Below, piece after piece: positions 1-8,321 of a stretch of 64,000 nt of DNA. Made by a program: the position numbers and the translations under genes. Positions within the stretch are counted from its first letter, which is position 1, and each line of letters opens with the position of its first letter. The stretch covers positions 31,506 to 95,505 of the forward strand of contig CAWIVT010000007.1 in the NCBI GenBank assembly GCA_963839635.1. The letters run 5' to 3'. This stretch comes from an uncultured Chloroflexia bacterium (GTDB lineage Bacteria; Chloroflexota; Limnocylindria; QHBO01). The notes beneath the pieces are model-generated. The model made no database searches. It saw only the letters and a program-made list of their open reading frames with translations, and had not been told where the DNA came from.

Positions 1-357
1 GTTCTGCTGCGCCTTGCCGACCGGATTGGCCTGCTGGAATCGCTTCAGGCCGCGCGAGACTTTGCGCAGGACCTTCTGCAGCGGATAGGAGCCGAGCGAC
101 AGCCGGTTCATGGAGAACAGCGTCAGGAAATCCCGGAGCGTCGAATCCTCGAAGCTGAGGCGGCCATCCATGTAGGCCTCGCCCGCGTGTAGCTCGGGAT
201 TGAAGAACAGCTTGCGGTACAGCGTAGGGTCGGTCAGCCGCATCGTCACGCGCGGGCCAGGTGCACCTGAAAAGACGTGCACGCCGCCTGCCGCATCGAT
301 AACCTTGAGCGTGCCGACACGCACGAACGACTTCAGCATGTGGGAGAGTGGGAACAT
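1..357 (-). CDS. cyclopropane-fatty-acyl-phospholipid synthase family SAM methyltransferase, first 119 codons only (gene continues past window start)
   Basis: Absent from the ORF track (no in-window stop). Own translation of the minus strand from ATG 357-355 gives MFPLSHMLKSFVRVGTLKVIDAAGGVHVFSGAPGPRVTMRLTDPTLYRKLFFNPELHAGEAYMDGRLSFEDSTLRDFLTLF..., the conserved N-terminal region of CFA-synthase-like enzymes. AAGGAGG lies 6 nt upstream of the ATG. Confidence 0.65.
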   Translation of the reverse strand, partial: MFPLSHMLKSFVRVGTLKVIDAAGGVHVFSGAPGPRVTMRLTDPTLYRKLFFNPELHAGEAYMDGRLSFEDSTLRDFLTLFSMNRLSLGSYPLQKVLRKVSRGLKRFQQANPVGKAQQN

Positions 358-500
358 GGCCGGCCTCCTTGCGCGCCCTGCTTTCCACAGACGGGCGGGC
401 ATTCAAGGTTGGAACGCGCCCGAGCTAGGTCACAAACTCATAAACGGGCTTCCCATGGTATGCGAACAGTGATTTAAGCTCTCAAACAGGGGAGCTTGAG

Positions 501-1270
501 ATGGCACGGCATCGATACGACCTGACTGACGCCGAATGGAAGATCATCGAGCCATTGCTGCCGCAGAAGTCACGAGGCGTGGAGCGGGTCGATGACCGCC
601 GAGTTCTGAACGGCATCTTTTGGCGTTTGCGATCAGGCTCGCCGTGGGCCGAAATCCCTGAGCGATATGGGCCCTCGACAACCTGTTACAACCGTTTCGT
701 GCGCTGGCAGAAGGCCGGCATCTGGGGCCAACTCCTGAGCGCGGTCTCCGATGCTTATGATGGTCGCATCCAGATGATTGACTCGACCACCGTCAGGGTC
801 CATCAGCACGCCGCCAACGGCGACAAAAAGGGGGGCTCAGCGATTGCATGGGCCGTTCCCGCGGCGGGAATACGACCAAGATCCACGCACTCGTAGACCG
901 CAACGGCTTGCCGATCGAGCTGAAACTCACGGCCGGTCAAGCCCACGATGGCAAGTCGGCCGAGGACATGCTCGATGATGTCGGAAAGGGAACAGTGCTG
1001 CTCGCCGACCGCGGCTACGACAGCGATGCCATCCGCGAGAAACTCGAAGAGCAAGGGGTGCGTGCCAACATCCGCCCGCTCGAGCACCGGGTCGTCAAGC
1101 CGAAGTTCAGTCCAAGGGCCTACAGGCAGCGCAATCTGGTCGAGCGCTTCTTCAACAAGCTCAAGCATTACCGAGCAATCGCCACGCGGTTCTGCCGCCA
1201 CGACGCCAATTATCTGGCGTCAGTGCAGCTTGCTGCGCTACGCATCTGGTTGAGGTTTAATGAGTTGTGA
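501..1270 (+). CDS. IS5-family DDE transposase, OrfA-OrfB joined by -1 frameshift
   Basis: OrfA (501-896) reads MARHRYDLTDAEWKIIEPLLP...YNRFVRWQKAGIW. OrfB (848-1270) reads GRSRGGNTTKIHALVDRNGLPIELKLTAGQAHD...LLADRGYDSD...NLVERFFNKLKHYRAIATRF. OrfB is in the -1 frame and overlaps OrfA by 49 nt, the usual IS427-group layout. Confidence 0.8.
822..836 (+). promoter_or_regulatory. putative -1 programmed ribosomal frameshift site of the IS transposase
   Basis: GAC AAA AAG GGG GGC: an A5G6 run (825-835) sits just upstream of the OrfA/OrfB overlap. Slipping one base back on AAA AAG enters the OrfB frame. Confidence 0.45.
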
Positions 1271-2602
1271 CCTGTCCTTGGGGTGGGCAACGGCGTGATC
1301 GCGGCAGATGCGCATCAGCCCAAGCACGGCGCCGAGCCCGGTGACGGCACCGATCCCCGCGATCCACAGCGCGCTGACGGGATGGATGCGGCTGATGGCG
1401 GCGGCCACGATGATGGGCGAGGCGGCGTTGACGATGTTCTGCGGCACCATCAGCAGGCCCATGTAGGAGCCGTACTCCTTGGCGCCGAACAGGATCAGCG
1501 GCAACGTGTTGCGCGCGACCGCGAACAGCCCGTGGCCCACGCCGAGGAAGATGCAGAACAGCGCAGTGGAGGTGACGGAGAAGCCGAACGGCAGCACAAA
1601 CAGGAAGCTCAGCGAAGACAGGGACGCCGAGGCAAGGGCCACAGCGAAGATCGAATAGCGTCCTCCGAACACGAGATCGGCGAACCGCGCGCTCGCCTGC
1701 GCCGGCCCGACCAGCGCCCACAGTCCCACCGCCGCGGCCCCGCTCAGTCCCATGGCCTTGAACACGTCGATGACCTGCATGTATAGGCCCCAGGTGATGA
1801 GGCCCTCGGTGCATGCCCAGACCGCCAGCATAACGAATGCGGCCTTGCGGCGATGCGGCGGCAACAAGCCTTCTGCCCGACGTGTGCTCTGGGAACCGGC
1901 GGTGGCCGTCCCGCCGACGGGCCGCAGGACCAGCGCATGTATCGGCACGCAGACGAAGATGTGGAGCGCGGCAAAGATGAGATAGCTGTTGCGCCACCCG
2001 GTGACGCCGACGAGCCAGTGGCACAGCGGCAGGAAGATGGTCGAGGTCAGGCCGTTGATGAGCATGAGCGCCGTGATGGCGCGGCGGGCGTCCGGTCCCA
2101 CAACCTGCACAAGGCCGGGGAGGGCGGTATTGGACAGCATCATGGGCATGGCGATGCCGATGAGAATCCAGGCAAAGAAATAGGAGACGAGACCGTGTGC
2201 GAACCACATGGCCAGCATCGATGCGGCAGCGATGAAGGAGCCGGTCACCATAACGGGGCGGGCGCCGCGATGATCGACGATGCGGCCGACGCGGGGAGCG
2301 ACGAGCGCGCTGAACAGAAGCATCACGGTGATGCCGCTGAACACCATCTCGCGCGACATGCCGAGTTCGTCGCCGATGAGTGTGCCGTAAATCGTAATGG
2401 GGGAGAAGGATGTGCCCCAGCCGATGATCTGCGTGGTCCCGAGGCCGAAAATGGCAAGCGCGGCGGGCCGGCGGGATTGTTGAGGTGGCGCGGTGGTCAG
2501 GACGGTCAATGGTCTGCCATGGTGGGAAGGCGCTATTGGTGAATCGCGGAGGAGAGCGGCGAGCGGTGATGCAGCATAGTGCAGGCGGACGGCAATACAC
2601 AC
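1238..2602 (-). CDS. MFS transporter
   Basis: 454-aa ORF with about 12 hydrophobic helices and an MFS motif-A-like loop (APRVGRIVDHRGARP). The true start is uncertain: GTG at 2602 or TTG at 2509. The last 12 codons (1238-1273) lie inside the IS right inverted repeat, so the native C-terminus has been replaced by the insertion. Confidence 0.75.
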   Translation of the reverse strand: MCIAVRLHYAASPLAALLRDSPIAPSHHGRPLTVLTTAPPQQSRRPAALAIFGLGTTQIIGWGTSFSPITIYGTLIGDELGMSREMVFSGITVMLLFSALVAPRVGRIVDHRGARPVMVTGSFIAAASMLAMWFAHGLVSYFFAWILIGIAMPMMLSNTALPGLVQVVGPDARRAITALMLINGLTSTIFLPLCHWLVGVTGWRNSYLIFAALHIFVCVPIHALVLRPVGGTATAGSQSTRRAEGLLPPHRRKAAFVMLAVWACTEGLITWGLYMQVIDVFKAMGLSGAAAVGLWALVGPAQASARFADLVFGGRYSIFAVALASASLSSLSFLFVLPFGFSVTSTALFCIFLGVGHGLFAVARNTLPLILFGAKEYGSYMGLLMVPQNIVNAASPIIVAAAISRIHPVSALWIAGIGAVTGLGAVLGLMRICRDHAVAHPKDRSQLIKPQPDA

Positions 2603-2740
2603 CGGCTTGCGGCAAGAATGGGGATAAGCGACCTGCGCGCGTGCAGGTCAGATCTGCAAAGGCCGTGTTCCGGACTTTTACAGCCCGGCATGGGAACATG
2701 ATAGGCTCGCGGCGTCGTGTGCGACCGCAGAGGGAGTGGC

Positions 2741-3835
2741 ATGAACGCTCTGCGTGAGCTAGTGACGGCTGATGCGCCCGTCTGGCTGGCGGTGGGCGGC
2801 CTGCTCATCGGCTTTGCCTTTGGCGCCATCGCGCAGGCCACCAATTTCTGCACCATGGGTGCCATCGTCGACATCATGACCCTCGGGGACTGGCGGCGCC
2901 TCAGGGCGTGGGCGCTGGCGGCGGGAACGGCGCTCCTCGGAGCGCAGTTGCTGCAATGGGGCGGCGCGGTCGATCTGTCGCTGTCCATGTATCTGTCGGC
3001 GCGGCTCAACTGGTTCGGCAATATTTTTGGTGGGTTGATATTCGGCTTCGGCATGGTGTTCGCGGGCGGATGTGCCAGCCGCAACCTCGTGCGGGCAGGC
3101 AGCGGCGACGCGCGCGCTTTGCTCGTGCTCGTCGTCATCGGCACGCTGGCCTACATTACCATTGGCGGCATCCTGGGCCCGCTGCGCGTGATGGTGGAAA
3201 AGACTACCAGCATGATGCTCGGCGCGCCGACGCAGAGCCTTGGTGATCTCTTGGCGCCGCATATCGGAATGCCGAGTTCGACGGCGCAGCTCGTCGCGGC
3301 CACGGCAATCCTTCTGCCGATCTTCGTCTTCTGCTTTGCGAGTGCAAGCTTCCGCGCTTCGCCGCGCCATGTGTGGGGCGGTACCGGCATCGGTTTGGCG
3401 GCGGCGGCCGGCTGGTTGCTGACCGGCCTTGCCTTCGACGAGATGGCCAGTTGGCCGAGGCCGCCGATCTCGCTCACCTACGTCCGCCCGGTCGGCGACA
3501 CCATGGAATGGCTGGAGCGGTTCACCGCGGCACCCTTGCCAGGCTTCGGCGTCGCCACAGTGCTGGGCGCCCTCCTTGGAGCGTTCACGATGGCCGTGGC
3601 GAGAGGCATGTTCCGCGCCTCGGGTTTCGCCGGCTCCGATGACACGCTTCGACACCTGATGGGCGCGGTGCTGATGGGTATCGGCGGCGTCATGGCGCTT
3701 GGCTGCACAATCGGGCAGGGCATATCCGGCGTGTCGACGCTCGCGGCGGGATCGTTCCTTGCCGTCCTGGCCATCATTCTTGGCGCGGTGCTCGGCGTAC
3801 GGACACTGGAGCGCTGGGTCGCCAGCGAGGCCTGA
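2741..3835 (+). CDS. YeeE/YedE family sulfur-transport membrane protein
   Basis: Two-repeat membrane protein with the family's paired Cys motifs (FAGGCASRN and MALGCTIGQG). ATG at 2741 is preceded by GGGAG. The ORF-track start at 2717 is less likely. Confidence 0.75.
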   Translation: MNALRELVTADAPVWLAVGGLLIGFAFGAIAQATNFCTMGAIVDIMTLGDWRRLRAWALAAGTALLGAQLLQWGGAVDLSLSMYLSARLNWFGNIFGGLIFGFGMVFAGGCASRNLVRAGSGDARALLVLVVIGTLAYITIGGILGPLRVMVEKTTSMMLGAPTQSLGDLLAPHIGMPSSTAQLVAATAILLPIFVFCFASASFRASPRHVWGGTGIGLAAAAGWLLTGLAFDEMASWPRPPISLTYVRPVGDTMEWLERFTAAPLPGFGVATVLGALLGAFTMAVARGMFRASGFAGSDDTLRHLMGAVLMGIGGVMALGCTIGQGISGVSTLAAGSFLAVLAIILGAVLGVRTLERWVASEA

Positions 3836-4146
3836 GCGGACTACTCCATGCGATGGCTAGTGATGAGGGTCCTGGCCGGTGATGATCGGCTACCTGAATG
3901 CCTTCGGCATGTACACGGTCATGTCGGCGGTGCCGGTGCCGCTCATCCTGCTGGTGGGACGCGCGCGGCAGCAGCTGCGACGCAGAATTAACCTCGCCTC
4001 GTCACGGGCCTGCGACCATAGTGTCAGAAGGAAGATTAGGCCTTTACATGAGGGCACGCAGACCCTATTTGAACGCCTGTTCGTAGGCGGTCTCTGCCAG
4101 TTTGTGCAGCTCGCCCGGTCCAACCGACTGGTGGGGGTCCCATGAG

Positions 4147-4992
4147 ATGGACACATTTGCCTCTGCCGCCGCGCTGATCGCGGCAAAGAAGCCCGAAAAA
4201 CCCGTTGTCTGCTTCCGCCCGCATGCCGCGGGCCGCGCGGCGCGCTTTTTCCTCAATAACTTCCCCGGTGACGTGGCTTACGCCTACAAGGCGAACAGCT
4301 CCGTGTTCCTGCTGGGCGCGCTGTACGGCGCGGGCATCCGCCATTTCGACGTGGCCTCGCTTCCCGAGATCGAGGATGCGCGCACCATTCCGGACGTGAT
4401 GCTCCACTTCATGCATCCGGTGAAGTCGCGCCATGCCATCCGCCGCGCGTACGCGTTCGGCTGCCGCAGCTTCTCGCTCGACAGCGAGGACGAGCTGAAG
4501 AAGATCCAGGAGGAGACCCACGGCGCCCGCGAGCTGACGCTCTGGGTGCGCATGGCCGTGCCCCCGAAGAACAGCAGGATTCCGCTCGAGCGCAAGTTCG
4601 GCATCACCGGCGCCCGGGCCGCGCGCCTGCTGGTCAAGACGCGGCAGGTGGCCAAGGAGCTCGGCATCACGTTCCACGTCGGCTCGCAGACGGTGACGCC
4701 GGATGCCTACGGCAACGCGCTGGAGGAGGTGGGCAAGCTCATCGTCAAGGCGGGCGTGCTGCTGGAGCGCCTCGACGTCGGCGGCGGCTTTCCGTCGCGC
4801 TACTCCAACGAGCCGCCGGCGCCGCTGTCGGCCTTCATGGATGCCATCCGCCACGGCGTGGAGAAGCTGCCCGTCGGCGACCACTGCCGGGTCATGTGCG
4901 AGCCCGGCCGCGCGCTCGTGGCGGAGGCCGAAAGCCTGATCGTGCGCGTCGACGCCCGCCGCGGCAACGAGCTCTACATCAACGATGGCGGC
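4147..4992 (+). pseudogene. type III PLP-dependent decarboxylase (Orn/Lys/DAP decarboxylase family), 3'-truncated at a chimeric junction
   Basis: Family motifs appear in order: AYAYKANS (PLP-Lys region), HVGSQ, DVGGGFP, CEPGRALVAEA. The sequence ends at LYINDGG with roughly the last 100 aa of the family missing. It is part of track ORF 4102-5184. Confidence 0.7.
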
Positions 4993-5184
4993 ACGCGCAC
5001 GTCAGTGAGGCTCGAGGATGTCGACGGCGCGGTTCGCATCTCGTCAGACCTGGAGCGCCACGTCGCGTGGCTGCGGTCGGACCTCGAGCGCGGTTTCGAG
5101 GCGCTCTACCTCCACGAGGTCGGGCCCGAGCAGGAACGCTTCATCGACATCTTCGGCCGCCACGTCCTCCCCGCCCTTCGCTGA
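4993..5184 (+). pseudogene. LLM-class (luciferase-like) flavin/F420-dependent oxidoreductase, C-terminal fragment only
   Basis: ...SSDLERHVAWLRSDLERGFEALYLHEVGPEQERFIDIFGRHVLPALR matches the typical C-terminal end of LLM oxidoreductases. No N-terminal TIM-barrel part is present. It is fused in frame to the truncated decarboxylase. Confidence 0.55.
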
Positions 5185-5237
5185 CGAATCGGGCGCCGTG
5201 GGTTGGGATCCGTCCGGTCCGCGATAATGATCGGGCC

Positions 5238-6083
5238 ATGGCGCAGCTTCGCGCGAAGGCCCGGGCGCAGCTGCCGGATTCCGCCTTCGCCTACATCGAC
5301 TCCAAGGGGCGTCGCCGCCTCCCGATCAACGACGAGGCGCACGTCCGGAACGCCCTGGCGCGCTTCGACCGCGTCGACTTCGACGACGAGGATGCGCGCG
5401 GGCGAGCCCGATCCCGCCTGCTGAAGGCGGCGAAGCGCCACGGGCTCCTGCCGGTCGGGTTCATCGACGGGCAGCTCCGTCCGCAGCGCAACCTGCCGAC
5501 CGGCCGCGTGACGCTCCTTCTCGCCGATGTCGAGGACTCCACCGGGCTCCTGACCGCGCTCGGTGACACGTGGCCACCCGTCCTGAACCGGTTGCGCCGA
5601 ATGATGCGCACTGCCACGAAGGCTTCGGGCGGCCACGAGGTGGATGCCCGCGCCGACGAGTTCTTCGCCTCGTTCGCGGAGCCATCGGGCGCGCTGGCAG
5701 CGGCGATTGCCATGCAGCGAGCCATCGGCTCACACAAGTGGCCGGAAGGCCGGCGGGTGCGTGTCCGGATCGGCGTGCATGCCGGACGGCCGACCCTGAA
5801 CGCCACCGGCTACGTCGGCATCGCCGTAAACACGGTGGCGCGCATCTGCGACGCCGGTCACGGCGGCCAGATCATCCTCTCGGCCGCGGTGCGCGATGCG
5901 ATCGAGCTCGATGGCGGCGTGGAGCTGGCCTCGCTCGGCCGGCACAAGCTGCGCGGCATCCCCGACGAGGTCGAGCTCTACCAAGCGACTACCGCCGGGC
6001 TCGCACGCTCGTTCCCGGCGCCCCGCACCGTGACGGCGCCCGCGCCGACGAGGCTGCCGCACGGGGGGCGCGGCCCTCGCTGA
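5238..6083 (+). CDS. class III adenylate/guanylate cyclase with uncharacterised ~70-aa N-terminal domain
   Basis: ATG at 5238, in frame within track ORF 4896-6083. Cyclase core: VTLLLADVEDSTGL...ADEFFASFAEP...RVRIGVHAGRP...GYVGIAVNTVARICDAGHGGQIILS...LGRHKLRGIPDEVELYQ. The N-terminus reads MAQLRAKARAQLPDSAFAYIDSKGRRRLPINDEAHVRNALARFDRVDF. Confidence 0.8.
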   Translation: MAQLRAKARAQLPDSAFAYIDSKGRRRLPINDEAHVRNALARFDRVDFDDEDARGRARSRLLKAAKRHGLLPVGFIDGQLRPQRNLPTGRVTLLLADVEDSTGLLTALGDTWPPVLNRLRRMMRTATKASGGHEVDARADEFFASFAEPSGALAAAIAMQRAIGSHKWPEGRRVRVRIGVHAGRPTLNATGYVGIAVNTVARICDAGHGGQIILSAAVRDAIELDGGVELASLGRHKLRGIPDEVELYQATTAGLARSFPAPRTVTAPAPTRLPHGGRGPR

Positions 6084-6098
6084 CGCGTCGGGGTGCGA

Positions 6099-6290
6099 CT
6101 AGCCGCCGCGGAGATCGGCGAGCGGCGCCCCGTTGCCCGAGACGCCGACCGGGGTACGCGACCCTGGGTGGTGGATGGTCGGCCGGCCACCGGTAATGGC
6201 CGCGAGGCAGGCCAGCCGTCGGCGATCGGCGTCACGGCGCAGGCCGGCAATGCGCTCGTTGGCGAAGAAGTCGTAGGTGTCGGGGTGCAT
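6099..6290 (-). CDS. small hypothetical protein (63 aa)
   Basis: MHPDTYDFFANERIAGLRRDADRRRLACLAAITGG.... The second ATG (6290) has GGAGA 6 nt upstream, so it is preferred over the track start at 6302. Confidence 0.4.
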   Translation of the reverse strand: MHPDTYDFFANERIAGLRRDADRRRLACLAAITGGRPTIHHPGSRTPVGVSGNGAPLADLRGG

Positions 6291-6316
6291 GGATATCTCC
6301 ATTTCTCAACCGGGGA

Positions 6317-6442
6317 TCAGCGAGGCCGATCACGGTCGGAAGAGCCGAAGCGGTCGCGCGAGTCGGCGCCGAACCGGATTGCGGTGAGGTCCAGCGCGAG
6401 GACCAGCGCGGTGAAGATCAGGATCGTGAGAACGGCGGTCAT
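6317..6442 (-). CDS. very small membrane peptide (41 aa), hypothetical
   Basis: Own translation, too short for the ORF track: MTAVLTILIFTALVLALDLTAIRFGADSRDRFGSSDRDRPR. It has one hydrophobic helix and a charged tail. Its stop lies 27 nt upstream of the next small ORF on the same strand. Confidence 0.3.
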   Translation of the reverse strand: MTAVLTILIFTALVLALDLTAIRFGADSRDRFGSSDRDRPR

Positions 6443-6511
6443 CAGAAGGTCTCCAGTAGCTGTTGCAGATGATGATGACGCTCATCTGGTACTGGAGTAA
6501 GATCCAGTTCG

Positions 6512-7898
6512 ATGCAACAACTCAGGACCAGCGAGCTGCTCGTCACCCTGCGTGACGACGGCTCGGGACCCCTCCACGGCCAGCTCGAGCAGGAGCTCCG
6601 CACCGCCATCCGGACCGGGCGGCTGGCGGCCGATGCGACGCTGCCCTCCACCCGCGCCCTGGCGGCGCAGCTCGGCGTGTCGCGCGGGGTCGTGGTCGAG
6701 GCCTATGAGCAGCTCGTTGCCGAGGGCTACCTGACCGGCCACGAGCGCTCCGCGACGCGCGTCGCGTGCAAGGCCGTGCCTCCGCGCCCGGCCCGCGACG
6801 AAGTGCCATCGGCCGCGCCGCTCGACTTCGACTTCAGGCCTGGACGCCCAGACGTCTCCCAGTTCCCGCGGGCTGCGTGGCTGCGCTCGCTGCGTCGCGC
6901 GCTGGGCGAGGCGGGCAACGAACAGCTCGGCTATCCGGATCGGCGTGGCATGCCGGAGCTGCGCGAGGCGCTGGCGGCCTATCTGAACCGCGTGCGCGGC
7001 GCCGCGGCCGACGCCGGCCAGATCGTGATCTGCAACGGCTTCTCACAGGGCCTGGCGCTCGCTTGCGAGGCGCTGCGCACGAGTGGTGCTCGTCGGGTTG
7101 CCGTGGAGAACCCATCGCACTACGGGTCGCGCGAGGCGATCGACGCCGCCGGGCTCGAGGTGGTCGGGCTTCCGGTCGACGACGACGGCCTGCGGGTCGA
7201 ATCTCTCGACCAGGCGCGCGTCGACGCGGTGCTCGTGACGCCGGCGCACCAGTACCCGACCGGCGGCGTGCTGCCTCCGGAGCGCCGCGCCAGGCTCGTG
7301 GCGTGGGCAACCCGTCGCGACGCCCTCATCATCGAGGACGACTACGACGCCGAGTACCGATACGACCGCGAGCCGATCGGCTGCATCCAGGGCCTCGCGC
7401 CCGACCGTGTCGTCTACGGCGGATCGGCGAGCAAGACCCTCGCGCCCGGTCTGCGCATCGGCTGGCTCATCGTGCCGCCGTCGATGGTCGACCGGGTCGC
7501 CGCGATCAAGGAGCGCGCCGACAACGGTACGGCGACGCTCGACCAGCTGGCCTTCGCCGACTTCCTGACGCGCGGCGAGCACGACCGTCACCTGCGCCGG
7601 ATGCGCCCGATCTACCGAGCGCGGCGCGATGCGCTCCTGGCGTCGCTGCAGCGCCATCTGCCCGAGCTCCGGCCAGCCGGCACCGCCGCCGGGCTCCACC
7701 TGCTCGCGTGGCTGCCGGACGGAACCGACGAGACGGCATTCGCGGCACGGGCTGCGGACCGCGGGAGTGGGCGTCTACGGACTGGATCCCTACCGGCTGA
7801 CAGGGCCCGTCGGGCCCGGCGTCATCTTCGGCTACTCGGGCCTGTCGGAGGCAGCCATCGAGACGGGGATCGGGCGGCTCGCGAACGGAGCACATTGA
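6512..7898 (+). pseudogene. MocR/PdxR-type GntR-family regulator with PLP aminotransferase-like domain; C-terminal frameshift as assembled
   Basis: N-terminal winged helix (LPSTRALAAQLGVSRGVVVEAYEQLVAEGYL) plus an AAT-like domain (SASKTLAPGLRIGWLIVP). After ...AARAADRG, one extra base (A at 7766) moves the conserved end VGVYGLDPYRL...GVIFGYSGLSEAAIETGIGRL into the frame of track ORF 7629-7898. Confidence 0.75.
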
Positions 7899-7908
7899 TG
7901 GGCTGAAT

Positions 7909-7932
7909 CGGTCGGGCGAGAGGATTCAACCC
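7909..7932 (-). other. degenerate copy of the 3' end of tRNA-Pro (putative distal att repeat of a decayed integrative islet)
   Basis: Plus-strand cggtcgggcgagaggattcaaccc (7909-7932) aligns with tggtcggggcgagaggactcgaacc (10759-10783). The latter is the acceptor/T-arm 3' end of tRNA-Pro(CGG). 21 of 25 aligned columns are identical, in the same orientation. Confidence 0.5.
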
Positions 7933-8321
7933 GGCGGATACCAGATGCCGGATTGTCGTCCCGGCAGCCACCTGGCCGTCCGGGAGCCGGCGATCATCGA
8001 GCTGGTCCGGAGCCCTGGGAGCTGTCGGCCACTAGGGAGAAACTCGCACGAGATCGTGCCCGAGGGAACCTGAGCGCAGTGGTTGGGTCAATGGCCGTGC
8101 CGCCATTCGGATCGCACTGCGGAGCCTCGTGCCGAAGCGCTGGCGATCACCTCGCACGCCTGGTGAGCGACGACCAGCCGCGCACAACATCCCCGCCGAT
8201 TGGTGACATTCGGCATTGAGCACGCCGGTGTCACCCCGAACAGTCTGATGCTCGCGCGTGTCTGGACATACGAGGGAGCTTCCGCAACACGGCGGCCCCG
8301 ATCCATCCAGGGGAGGACGCT

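Larger units (their letters stand above)
427..1273 (+). mobile_element. IS5-family (IS427-like group) insertion sequence, 847 bp
   Basis: Imperfect terminal inverted repeats: AGGTCACAAACTCATAAAC (427-445) versus the reverse complement of GTTTAATGAGTTGTGACCT (1255-1273). They enclose two overlapping transposase ORFs. No clear target-site duplication seen. Confidence 0.75.

Noticed and set aside
3879-4145. 88-aa ORF between the YeeE gene and the decarboxylase gene
   Set aside because: No motif, no RBS, atypical composition, and it overlaps other equally weak ORFs on both strands. It is most likely an intergenic or promoter region.
8065-8089. GGAAC-N17-GTC motif resembling an ECF sigma promoter, about 230 nt upstream of the LPNTA gene
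   Set aside because: The motif is only 8 informative bases in GC-rich DNA, so it is expected by chance. It is noted as a possible autoregulated promoter but is not supportable as a feature.
7938-8321. Long (about 380 nt) leader upstream of the LPNTA-protein gene, considered as a riboswitch or ncRNA
   Set aside because: I could not match it to any riboswitch core I know (c-di-GMP, SAM, TPP, cobalamin, glycine, ydaO-type). I also saw no convincing conserved-looking multi-stem structure by eye. It would need covariance-model scanning.
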